Below are positions 47,835 to 55,923 of a stretch of 64,000 nucleotides of DNA, piece after piece. The DNA comes from Acidimicrobiia bacterium (GTDB lineage Bacteria; Actinomycetota; Acidimicrobiia; Spongiisociales; ZC4RG35): the NCBI GenBank assembly GCA_044867525.1, contig JBIOVB010000009.1, forward strand, positions 599-64,598, in the 5' to 3' direction. The translations under genes and the position numbers were made by a program. Position 1 is the first letter of the stretch. Every line of letters starts with the position of its first letter. The notes below the pieces were generated by a model. That model saw nothing but the letters and a program-made list of their open reading frames with translations. It was not told the DNA's origin and searched no databases.

Positions 47835-49214
47835 TCACCCGGCGGGGAACATCAGGGCCAGCACGTCGTCGGGCACCAATGACGTCCCTGACACCGCCTC
47901 GTGGACCCGATCCGGGTTGCAGTCTGCGGTCGTGACCTGCCGCATCACATGCGGAACCACGACCTCTGCCGGGATCGGTGCGCCTGCGATGGACATCATC
48001 GCCGCGGTGACGCCGGTCCGTGACTGGAAGTTGCCACCGGCGGAGTACCAGATGTTGTAAGTCGGGTCGTTGCGCTCGGCCCAGTCGCAGAACAGGTTCT
48101 GCTCATCTGTCCGGAGAGCCAGCGTCAGGTTGGAGACCGGGATCCCCAGCTCCTCGTACACGGGCAGGCCGTACCAGATCCCGTCGGCGTACTCATACGC
48201 ATATCCCCGGATCTCGGGATTGCTGGTGAGCAACCCGCGGAACACGTCGGGAATCGCAGGCGGGAACCAGAAGGTGTCACCGGTTGTGCTGTCCTCGTTC
48301 GCCGGCGGGTTGACCAGAGTGGCCTCCGCGCTCAGAGAAGAGATCGCACAGCGCTGCCACCCGAGCGAAAGGGCATTGCCCGGAGTTCCCCCAAGCATCG
48401 CCACCTCGCCGGCGCCGACGCCGGTGTTGAGAACGTCGGAGAAGCTCTCGCCGAGGGCACACAGGTCTTCGCCAACCACGGTCAGGTAGCCCTCACCTGG
48501 GGTGAGCGCACCATCCTGTCCGGGCAGACCGACCCATCCCGCCGAGAACGGGACGTACGGAATGCCGGCATCGGTGGCTGCCTGGATCGCGGGCGCGATC
48601 GCCACTCCCATGTCGGGATAGCCGACAATGAAGTCGACGCCTCTCTGCACCAGGAAGTTGATGTCGTTGGCATGCACCGCCGGGTCCGGGTCGAAGTCCG
48701 CCGCCGTGGAGACGATGGTCCCGATCTCGGGGTAGGTGAGCGCCTGGAGGATGGCCTCCATGTGACTCACTGCCCGCCAGACGTTCACGGTGTCGCCACC
48801 ACCATCGGCATAGCCCATGACGAGCTCCCCGCCACTGCCGGTCTCACACTCCTGGCTGCTCCAGCACTCCATTGCCTTGTCGATCGTCGCCTGATCGAGC
48901 GTCTGGTTAGCCCGGGCGATCGACGCCAGAACGATGTTCCAGCTGTCGGCGTCCGAAGGCTCCACCGGGCCCAAGGCCTTGGTGACCAATGCAGGATCCG
49001 CAGCTCCGGGGTCTTCGTTGTAGTCCGCCAGCGGGTTATCGCTGGTCGCCGCGGTCGTGCTGGGCGCTTCACCCGCCGTCGTGGTCGGCTCGGCCGCCGC
49101 GCTCGTCGTTGGCTCGGCTGCGGCGGTCGTACTCGTGTCGCCTGTCTCTCCGTTACACGCGGACACGACCAAGACCAGGACGGCAACGAGGCCGATGATC
49201 TTCAATCGCTTCAT
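47835..49214 (-). CDS. Type-I periplasmic-binding-fold substrate-binding lipoprotein (RbsB-like, divergent)
   Basis: The start is ATG 49214 with a GAGGAGG RBS. The lipobox is 'LVVSAC'. A repetitive 'TTAAAEPTTSAAAEPTTTAGEAPSTTAA' linker follows. The body has at least 7 Cys and only loose similarity to sugar SBPs. Confidence 0.75.
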   Translation of the reverse strand: MKRLKIIGLVAVLVLVVSACNGETGDTSTTAAAEPTTSAAAEPTTTAGEAPSTTAATSDNPLADYNEDPGAADPALVTKALGPVEPSDADSWNIVLASIARANQTLDQATIDKAMECWSSQECETGSGGELVMGYADGGGDTVNVWRAVSHMEAILQALTYPEIGTIVSTAADFDPDPAVHANDINFLVQRGVDFIVGYPDMGVAIAPAIQAATDAGIPYVPFSAGWVGLPGQDGALTPGEGYLTVVGEDLCALGESFSDVLNTGVGAGEVAMLGGTPGNALSLGWQRCAISSLSAEATLVNPPANEDSTTGDTFWFPPAIPDVFRGLLTSNPEIRGYAYEYADGIWYGLPVYEELGIPVSNLTLALRTDEQNLFCDWAERNDPTYNIWYSAGGNFQSRTGVTAAMMSIAGAPIPAEVVVPHVMRQVTTADCNPDRVHEAVSGTSLVPDDVLALMFPAG

Positions 49215-49294
49215 GTTCCTCCTCAATTGGGCGCCTCCGCCCTTGCTCTGTTCATTCGATCGGTGTCGACTGGTTGGAATTCCGATCTCCTTTC

Positions 49295-50344
49295 TCAACC
49301 ATTTCCGCTTGAGCTCTTGGTCGTTTCTCTTTCGGTGCGTTTCGGATTTCTCCGCTCGCGAAGCACGCGCTCCACGCCTTTGATGATCCGATCGCCCGAA
49401 ACCAACATGCCGCCGATGATCACCAGCCCGAACACGACGAACTGGAATGCTGTGGGAAGACCCATCGACCGCATCATGTAGTCGAGCCCGACGAGGAAGA
49501 AGGCTGCGGCGAAAGTGGAGAGCGGGCTGGCCAAGCCCCCGGTCAGAGAGGCACCGCCGATCACCACAGCCGCGATCGGCCCCAAGAGATACTCAGAGCC
49601 GATGGAGACACCGGGACTGCCGAGGAGCCCGGCGAGCGCTACCCCGGCGACTCCATAGAGGGTTGCCGCCGCGATGTAGGCAGACATCTGATTCAGCGTG
49701 ACCCGAAGGCCAACCACCTGTGACGAGACGGGGTTGGCGCCAACCGCCTGGAACCTGCGGCCCACCGTGAGGTATCTGAAGCCCACGATCAGGATCAGGG
49801 TGATCACCAGCCCGATCCAGAACACGGGACTGATCCCGAACACCTTCGTCCTGGTCCAGCTGGACCACGCATCGGGTACCGGGCTCTGAACCGGGAAGGC
49901 CCGCCCGTATCGCGCGACGACACCAATCACCACCTGACCGACAGCCAGGGTGACGATTAGCGGATTGAGCTTGAGCCCACCGACGAGGATCCCGTTGAGG
50001 AGACCGACAAGCGCTGCCGCGCCGACTGCGGTGAGAAGGGCGACTGCGACCCGCTCATCGCTCTGCTGACCGACACCAACCATGAGGGCCGCGGCCAACG
50101 ACATCGTCCCCGGGACGCTGAGATCGATGCCGCCGGTCATGATGACCAGCATCTGGCCCAGGGCGGTTATGGCGAGGAGTGCCCCGTAGGGGGCGATCGC
50201 GCTCAGTGTCACGCTCCCCAGCGTCGCCGGAACCCAAATCATGGCCACGACCACCAGCAGGACCAGCGCGATATACGCCGGCAGATACCGGGACGCGACC
50301 ACGAAGGACGTGATAGCCGTGGAGGAGGTGGTCGCGCTCGTCAT
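49295..50344 (-). CDS. CUT2-type ABC transporter permease (RbsC/AraH-like)
   Basis: 349 aa, polytopic, with 'TGGIDLSVPGTMSLAAAL' typical of this family. The ATG overlaps the stop of the upstream amidohydrolase (ATGA at 50341-50344). Confidence 0.88.
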   Translation of the reverse strand: MTSATTSSTAITSFVVASRYLPAYIALVLLVVVAMIWVPATLGSVTLSAIAPYGALLAITALGQMLVIMTGGIDLSVPGTMSLAAALMVGVGQQSDERVAVALLTAVGAAALVGLLNGILVGGLKLNPLIVTLAVGQVVIGVVARYGRAFPVQSPVPDAWSSWTRTKVFGISPVFWIGLVITLILIVGFRYLTVGRRFQAVGANPVSSQVVGLRVTLNQMSAYIAAATLYGVAGVALAGLLGSPGVSIGSEYLLGPIAAVVIGGASLTGGLASPLSTFAAAFFLVGLDYMMRSMGLPTAFQFVVFGLVIIGGMLVSGDRIIKGVERVLRERRNPKRTERETTKSSSGNG

Positions 50345-51585
50345 GCCACGTCCCCCGAGCCCGATCCGACGAGAAGTCCGGCGGCTCCCGCCACCCGGGC
50401 CTGGGCGGTGGCGGCCAGGCTCCGAGCCTTGGCCACGTCACCAGTGAGATTCCCAGCTTGCATCACCACCTCCCCGCCGACGAAGACCCAGTCCACGTTC
50501 GAGGTGTCCATACCCCACACCACTGCGCCGATCGGGTCGTTGACCGGGGCGATGTTGGGACGATCGGTTCGAAGGAGGATCAGATCGGCCTTTTTCCCCG
50601 GCTCCAAGGACCCGACGACGGACCCGAGCCCTACCGTGTTGGCTCCGTCCACGGTCCCGAAGCGAATCACCTCCCGGGTCGTGAGCAGATTGGGAAGACC
50701 CGCCTTGCCTGCCAGCTTGAGATCGAAATACGTGCCGTGTTGCAGGGAGATGGTTGCCCTCATCTGGGCAAAGAGGTCTCCGGGGGCGACGCGCTCGTCG
50801 TCGATGCCGAGACCGGGCCGGATCTTTCGATCGATGATGCGCTGGATGGGGGGCGTTCCGATCCCGTTTGCCATCTCCGAGGAAGGGGTCAGGGCGACTC
50901 TCGCTCCAGACGCAGCGATAGCGTCGAGGCTCTCGTCATCGAGATTGGTGCAGTGCACGAGGGTGACATCGGGCCCGAGCAGGTCTCGGAGGGATGCACT
51001 GTCTGCGACGTCGGCTTGGTCGATCCCGGCGTGGGCGTGCACCCGGCTGCCCATCCGCCTGGCCTGGGCCAAACCATCGGACAACCCGGCGGCTCTGGCG
51101 CCCAGCGCGATGGTGGTCCTGCCGGCCCCGGGCGCTTGGTGGAGGCGCTCAAACGTCACGGGGTCCGGCACCACCAACACCGTCCGCATCCCGGAGTCGA
51201 AATGGGCTTCGAGAGCAGCCTCGGCCAGGCTGCCGTCGGAGTGTGCATCGGACCAGTCGACGATGGTCGTGATCCCGGCCTCGGCAGCCCCGAGCAGTCC
51301 GATCAGAGTCGCCGCGTACAGGTCATCGGCACCAAAACGATCGCCGACATCGGACGAGGCGTCGCCGAGATTGCGAAACAGAGATCGCCATACGTGACGA
51401 TGGGTGTCGACGAACCCGGGCATCAGAATCGTGTCCCTGGCATCGACGACCTCGGCGTCGCGGGCGCGGATCCCGGGCCCGATTTCGACAATGGTGTCGC
51501 CATCGATCAAGACGTCGGCTTCGGCGAAGTTTGCCTTCGCCATGGTGAGGACGCACCCACCCCGAAGAAGCGCCTTTTTCGTCAT
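50341..51585 (-). CDS. ATZ/TRZ / cytosine-deaminase-type amidohydrolase
   Basis: 414 aa with 'MPGFVDTHRHVWRSLFRNLG' (HxH metal site), 'VHAHAG' and 'VHCTNL'. It is a paralogue of the C-domain of 43766..46228. Confidence 0.88.
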   Translation of the reverse strand: MTKKALLRGGCVLTMAKANFAEADVLIDGDTIVEIGPGIRARDAEVVDARDTILMPGFVDTHRHVWRSLFRNLGDASSDVGDRFGADDLYAATLIGLLGAAEAGITTIVDWSDAHSDGSLAEAALEAHFDSGMRTVLVVPDPVTFERLHQAPGAGRTTIALGARAAGLSDGLAQARRMGSRVHAHAGIDQADVADSASLRDLLGPDVTLVHCTNLDDESLDAIAASGARVALTPSSEMANGIGTPPIQRIIDRKIRPGLGIDDERVAPGDLFAQMRATISLQHGTYFDLKLAGKAGLPNLLTTREVIRFGTVDGANTVGLGSVVGSLEPGKKADLILLRTDRPNIAPVNDPIGAVVWGMDTSNVDWVFVGGEVVMQAGNLTGDVAKARSLAATAQARVAGAAGLLVGSGSGDVA

Positions 51586-51659
51586 CCGTTCCCGCTGGAA
51601 TCGACCGTCGAGAGCACCCGGGCGACGGAGAACGGCGGTGGGTTGAGGGGGCCACTCAC

Positions 51660-51678
51660 TGATAAGTCACACTACACA
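51660..51678. promoter_or_regulatory. Shared 19-mer TGATAAGTCACACTACACA (site B)
   Basis: It is 17/19 identical to the site at 42424-42442. It lies about 75 nt upstream of the amidohydrolase ATG (51585), in the same orientation relative to the downstream gene. Confidence 0.4.
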
Positions 51679-51732
51679 TCTCGGCTGATGACCGGCCCTG
51701 GAAATGACGGTCTGCTGCCCGCACCCCTGTCG

Positions 51733-52629
51733 TCATCCCCCTGCCTCGAGAGCCTCGGTGAGATAGATCCAGTCCCGCCGGAACCGGTAGGAATGACGGG
51801 GTGGAGGCTGAGGCGCCTGGGTCTCGAGCCAGCGAACCGGGCCCTCTCCGACATTGCGGAACTCGTGCACACAGCCCACGCCGGCCCAGGCCACGTCGCC
51901 GGGCCCGAGATGGTATTTGATCCCGTCGAAGGCGGCTTCCACTTCCCCTTCCAGGATCAGGTAGGCCTCTTCGAGCGGGTGATCGTGGGCCCCGGCGAAG
52001 CCTCCCGGGACATATTGGACCATGAACATGGTCGAGAGGTCGGCTCCGAGGTCGGAGTCGATCATCATCTTGACCGAGATCCCGCTGTAGACCAGGAGGG
52101 CGGTCCGCATGCTGGCGCTGAGGGAGAGTCGGTCCTGAGTCTGCATCGCGGGATTCATGTTCTCGGGATCGATATGGCCAAAGCTGCGATTCCTCGGGTC
52201 GCGCACATCGATCAACGCTGCCTCCCCGACGGGTGGCGACTCCGGGAAATAGGTGTCGTAGTCGTGGCGCCGGCGAGGAAGAGGGGCTCTCATCTCGGCA
52301 AACGAGACCGGCCCCGAAGATGGGTTGCGCAGGGAATGAGTCACCCCCACCGGCGCCAGGCCGTAGTCCCCCGCACCAAGCCGGAAGCTGCCCTCGGGAA
52401 GGTCCGCGATCAGCTCCCCCTCCAGGACGTAAAAGGTCTCTTCGAATGAATGGAGATGGTGGGAGATGACACCACCGGGGCCAAGTCGTGAGATCTGAAA
52501 GCCCATCTGCACTGCCCCCGCCTCCTCGTCGACGATCAGATCGCCCAGGTACTCGATGCTCTTTCCCTCGAACCCGGCCGGGACCCGGTATTCGTGATCA
52601 CCGGCCTTCTTGACGATGTGATTCGACAT
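51733..52629 (-). CDS. Bicupin protein (ureidoglycine-aminohydrolase-like fold)
   Basis: The start is ATG 52629. Two cupin barrels are present, each with a His-rich motif ('GGVISHHLHSFEETFYVLEGE' and 'GFAGAHDHPLEEAYLILEGE'). Confidence 0.75.
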   Translation of the reverse strand: MSNHIVKKAGDHEYRVPAGFEGKSIEYLGDLIVDEEAGAVQMGFQISRLGPGGVISHHLHSFEETFYVLEGELIADLPEGSFRLGAGDYGLAPVGVTHSLRNPSSGPVSFAEMRAPLPRRRHDYDTYFPESPPVGEAALIDVRDPRNRSFGHIDPENMNPAMQTQDRLSLSASMRTALLVYSGISVKMMIDSDLGADLSTMFMVQYVPGGFAGAHDHPLEEAYLILEGEVEAAFDGIKYHLGPGDVAWAGVGCVHEFRNVGEGPVRWLETQAPQPPPRHSYRFRRDWIYLTEALEAGG

Positions 52630-52677
52630 GAAACTCCGACCTCGACAGGACCGATCAGCGAGGCTACACACCCACAT

Positions 52678-52693
52678 GGCCCGGATCCGGGCC
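52678..52693. promoter_or_regulatory. Perfect 16-bp palindrome GGCCCGGATCCGGGCC in a divergent intergenic region
   Basis: The sequence is exactly self-complementary. It lies between the bicupin start (52629, minus strand) and the SDR start (52806, plus strand). Confidence 0.3.
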
Positions 52694-52805
52694 CGAGCAC
52701 CGTTGTCATGGGATGATTTCCCCGGCGATTACGGATACTGAGCACCCTTCCCGGGGTCTAGGCTCGCACAGATGACTTTCGTCGAGCGTGGGAAGGACCG
52801 ACCAC

Positions 52806-53498
52806 ATGGGCGATGAGATCGTCCTGATCGTCGGGGGAACCAAGGGCATCGGCCTCGAAGTCGCCCGTCACTACGCGTCCCGAGGCGAGGCCGTGGTGGT
52901 CACCGGGCGGGACGCGGCAAGGGCATCGGCGGCGGCCTCCGAGCTCGGGTCAGGGGTCAGCGGCATCGGATTCGACATGGGAGACCCCTTCCAGGTCGGC
53001 CCTGCGCTCCAAGAGGTGGGCCCGGTCTCCCGTCTGGTGTTGTCTGCGATCGCCCGCGACGAGAACCCGGCACGGGAATACAAGGTCGCGGCCGCGGTCG
53101 AGCTGACGACGTTGAAGCTCGTCAGCTACGTGGAGGCCATCCACACGCTGCTTCCCCGTCTCTCCGACTCGAGCTCGGTAGTCATCTTCGGAGGACGGGC
53201 CAAGGACCGCCCATACCCGGGCTCGACCACGGTCACCACCATCAATGGCGGTGTCAGCTCGATGATCCGGACCCTCGCGGTCGAGCTGGCCCCGATCCGG
53301 TTCAACGCGATCCATCCCGGGATCGTCGGGGACAGCCCGTACTGGAAGGACAAGCCACTCGAGGGAGTGGTGGCCCGGACCCCGACCAGACGCCTGGTAA
53401 CCATGGCCGACGTGGTGGATGCCACCGTGTTCTTGCTCGAGAATCAGTCCGTCAACGGAGTAAATCTCTATGTCGACGGCGGATGGTTGTTGATGTGA
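52806..53498 (+). CDS. Short-chain dehydrogenase/reductase (SDR)
   Basis: The start is ATG 52806 (GGGAAGGA upstream). The cofactor motif is 'IVGGTKGIGLEVARHYASRG', and the C-terminus 'VNGVNLYVDGGW' is typical of SDRs. Confidence 0.85.
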   Translation: MGDEIVLIVGGTKGIGLEVARHYASRGEAVVVTGRDAARASAAASELGSGVSGIGFDMGDPFQVGPALQEVGPVSRLVLSAIARDENPAREYKVAAAVELTTLKLVSYVEAIHTLLPRLSDSSSVVIFGGRAKDRPYPGSTTVTTINGGVSSMIRTLAVELAPIRFNAIHPGIVGDSPYWKDKPLEGVVARTPTRRLVTMADVVDATVFLLENQSVNGVNLYVDGGWLLM

Positions 53499-54142
53499 GT
53501 CAGAGCACCGGGACCACGGTCAAACACGAGCTCGATGGCATCGGAGACCGACTCAGGGAGGAGCGCCTGAAGGCCGGGATCAGCCAGCGTGAGCTGGCTC
53601 GCCGGGTAGGGCTCTCGGCGAGCCTGATCTCACAGCTGGAGAGCGGGCTGTCCAAGCCATCGGTCGGCACCCTGTACGCAATCGTCACCGAGCTCGGCGT
53701 CTCGGTCGAGAGGGTGATTCGCGGTGACCACCCAGCCGGTTCCGAGTCCGTAACCGCTCCACACTCGGACCCGAGCCCACTGGTGCACCCCGACGAGCGC
53801 GCGGTCGTCGACCTCGCATCCGGCGTGCGTTGGGAGCAACTGACCTCGGAGACCGAGGAGGGAGTCGACTTTCTCCACGTCATCTACGACGTCGGCGGCT
53901 CGTCGACTCCGGACAGCTCATTGATGCGTCACAACGGCCGGGAATACGGATACGTGATCTCGGGCACGCTGGGAGTCCAGGTCGGCTTCGAGAAACACAT
54001 CATGAGCCCCGGTGATTCGATCGCCTTCGACTCGACGACACCTCATCGTCTCTACAACGACGGAAACGAACCGGTCCACTCCGTCTGGTTCGTGGTGGGC
54101 CGCGACGGGGACAGTAGAGCCCGGCTCAGCGGACACACATAG
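53483..54142 (+). CDS. XRE-family HTH regulator with C-terminal cupin sensor domain
   Basis: The HTH is 'LREERLKAGISQRELARRVGLSASLISQLESG' and the cupin is 'GREYGYVISGTLGVQVG...PGDSIAFDSTTPHRLYN'. The start is ATG 53483, or GTG 53495 (GTGA overlap with the SDR stop). Confidence 0.85.
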   Translation: MVVDVSQSTGTTVKHELDGIGDRLREERLKAGISQRELARRVGLSASLISQLESGLSKPSVGTLYAIVTELGVSVERVIRGDHPAGSESVTAPHSDPSPLVHPDERAVVDLASGVRWEQLTSETEEGVDFLHVIYDVGGSSTPDSSLMRHNGREYGYVISGTLGVQVGFEKHIMSPGDSIAFDSTTPHRLYNDGNEPVHSVWFVVGRDGDSRARLSGHT

Positions 54143-54163
54143 GTCGAGGGCCCAGACCCCGGC

Positions 54164-54340
54164 CTAGACGTGAATGCTCACCCGAACCGGGGATGCTGCC
54201 CCGGTCAGCATCTCGGCGCTGGCGCCGCAAGCGCACTCGTAACGGACCAGGATCCCGTTCTCGGTGTTCTGGATCCCATCGATGCTCGAGGTCCAGATGA
54301 TCACCTCACGGCCCAATCGCTCACATTCAGCGAGAAACAC
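54164..54340 (-). CDS. Small hypothetical protein (58 aa; 63 aa if ATG 54355 is used)
   Basis: Third-position GC is about 80%, matching neighbouring genes. The GTG at 54340 has AGGAGG 6 nt upstream. I recognise no family. Confidence 0.4.
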   Translation of the reverse strand: MFLAECERLGREVIIWTSSIDGIQNTENGILVRYECACGASAEMLTGAASPVRVSIHV

Positions 54341-54507
54341 GGCCCGCCTCCTCATGGCTCTGGGCGCGGCCTCGGCCCGTCCGCCTATTGGAGCGGGATG
54401 TCGGCTTGAAGAGACGGGCCCTCTCTGCTGCCCGCTGCCGACTGTCCATGATCTCCCTGCTGATCACCAATGCTGCGTAGGGAGTCATCATCTGCCATCA
54501 CCTCCAT

Positions 54508-54537
54508 GTAATGAGTCTTAGTCGGTTCACTCATTAC
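54508..54537. promoter_or_regulatory. Inverted repeat GTAATGAG-N14-CTCATTAC (unit 1)
   Basis: The 8-bp arms are perfect and extend to 9 bp (GTAATGAGT/ACTCATTAC). The element lies in an AT-rich island between the small ORFs and ferritin. Confidence 0.4.
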
Positions 54538-54552
54538 GGTAACTCAGATCCT

Positions 54553-54582
54553 GTAATAAGTCAACTGACTTTGTCTCATTAC
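54553..54582. promoter_or_regulatory. Inverted repeat GTAATAAG-N14-CTCATTAC (unit 2)
   Basis: It has the same architecture and spacing as unit 1, with one mismatch, and lies 45 bp downstream of it. It is 92 nt upstream of the ferritin ATG. Confidence 0.4.
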
Positions 54583-54673
54583 AGCCCACTGGGATCGGCC
54601 CGCTCCGCACAGCCCGGCACCGACGATCTGATGCCGGATACGATTGCGGGCCAGCCATCATCAGGAGCCATAA

Positions 54674-55180
54674 ATGCGGATGCCAGACGACCTCGCCAAA
54701 GCCTTCAACAAACAAGTGACCATGGAGCTTGGCTCGGCAACGTCGTACCTGCAGATGGCTGCGTATTTCTCCGACCGCAACCTGGTGGGGATGAGCAGCT
54801 GGATGCGGGGACAGGCCCAGGAGGAGAGGGCGCATGCCGATCGCTTTATCGACTTCGTGCTCGACCGGGGGAACCAGGTCACCATCGGCGATGTGCCGGC
54901 TCCCCGAGCCGACTTCTCAGGGCCGGAAGAGGTATTCGAGGCCTCTCTCGAGCAGGAACGGTCGGTCACCGAGGCGATCCACGACCTGTACCGACTCGCC
55001 ACCGACCTCGGAGACCTCGCCAGTTTCCCCTTTCTTCAGGCGTTCATAGCCGAGCAGAACGAGGAGGAGTCGACGGTGGAGACCATCCTCGACCGGGTTC
55101 GCCTCGCCGGTGGCGACTCCGGGGCGCTCTTCCTGCTCGATCACGAGTTGGGAGCGAGAGGGGGAGATCCCACCTCGTGA
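54674..55180 (+). CDS. ftn: Ferritin (non-heme, Ftn-type)
   Basis: 168 aa. Ferroxidase-centre residues sit in 'QVTMELGSATSYLQMAAYF', 'QEERAHADRF' and 'LEQERSVTEAI'. AGGAG RBS. Confidence 0.9.
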   Translation: MRMPDDLAKAFNKQVTMELGSATSYLQMAAYFSDRNLVGMSSWMRGQAQEERAHADRFIDFVLDRGNQVTIGDVPAPRADFSGPEEVFEASLEQERSVTEAIHDLYRLATDLGDLASFPFLQAFIAEQNEEESTVETILDRVRLAGGDSGALFLLDHELGARGGDPTS

Positions 55181-55246
55181 CCGATCTGGGTCAGGCCCTT
55201 CTGTCGTAGAGTCGGAGGGCTGAGCTCGATATCAGAGGAGACATCG

Positions 55247-55903
55247 ATGAATTGGGGGCGCCTGTTCGTTGGAGGATTGGTCGTGGTGGCCGGGGTCCTC
55301 CTCCTACTCGACAACACCGGTGTGCTGGATGCCGGAGAGGTGTTCACGACATGGTGGCCCGCCGTAGTGATCGTCGCCGGGCTCCTGGCGCTGGTGGCCA
55401 ACCCGCGCCACTGGGCGGCGCCGGTGATCGTGATGCTCGTTGGGGGTGGCCTCCTCCTCCGGACCCTTGGTGTCGTCGACTCACTCGACCTGGTGATACC
55501 GGCGGCGCTGATCCTGATCGGGATCTTCGTGATCTTCGGGCGGGCCCGACCCAGCGCCGAGGCAACGGGCGCCGACCGGATCAGTACCTTCAACTTCTTC
55601 TCCGGAAGCGAGATCGCCTCCCACTCGAAGCAGTTCAGCGGCGGGAACATCGCCGCAGTGTTCGGCGGCGCCGAGATCGACCTGCGCGACGCCGCCCTGG
55701 CACCGGGCGCCGTGATCGATGCCTTTGCCGCGTTCGGCGGCATCGAAATCAGCGTGCCCGAGGGCTGGCAGGTCGTGACCCGAGGTTTTCCCATATTCGG
55801 CGGCTTCGACAATGCCACCACCAAGGACCGGATCCCTCCCGATGCTCCAACTCTGAGCGTGCAGGCCACGATCCTCTTCGGCGGTGTGGAGATCAAGCAC
55901 TGA
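55247..55903 (+). CDS. LiaF-like membrane protein (cell-wall-active antibiotic response domain)
   Basis: Four N-terminal TM segments are followed by 'FGGAEIDLRDAAL...AFGGIEISVPEGWQV...PIFGGF', the LiaF/DUF2154-type repeat pattern. Confidence 0.75.
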   Translation: MNWGRLFVGGLVVVAGVLLLLDNTGVLDAGEVFTTWWPAVVIVAGLLALVANPRHWAAPVIVMLVGGGLLLRTLGVVDSLDLVIPAALILIGIFVIFGRARPSAEATGADRISTFNFFSGSEIASHSKQFSGGNIAAVFGGAEIDLRDAALAPGAVIDAFAAFGGIEISVPEGWQVVTRGFPIFGGFDNATTKDRIPPDAPTLSVQATILFGGVEIKH

Positions 55904-55923
55904 GCATCCGGGCCGGCTTTACG

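Noticed and set aside
49034-49136. A tandemly repetitive DNA segment inside the SBP gene.
   Set aside because: It encodes the Thr/Ala/Pro-rich tether (TTAAAEPTTSAAAEPTTTAGEAPSTTAA) that follows the lipobox. This is an ordinary low-complexity linker, not an independent repeat element.
50458-52449. A 663-aa plus-strand ORF across the amidohydrolase and bicupin genes.
   Set aside because: It is an antisense shadow ORF. The minus-strand products have HxH amidohydrolase and double-cupin motifs, and this frame has none.
54518-54536. A possible IdeR/DtxR iron box upstream of ferritin (TTAGTCGGTTCACTCATTA).
   Set aside because: Only about 9/19 positions match the TTAGGTTAGGCTAACCTAA consensus. The symmetry actually present is GTAATGAG-N14-CTCATTAC, which is a different site.
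54511-55209. A 232-aa plus-strand ORF starting in the AT-rich island and overlapping ferritin out of frame.
   Set aside because: The ferritin frame has the ferroxidase-centre motifs and an RBS. This frame is Arg/Pro/Gly-rich read-through of non-coding DNA plus an off-frame overlap.
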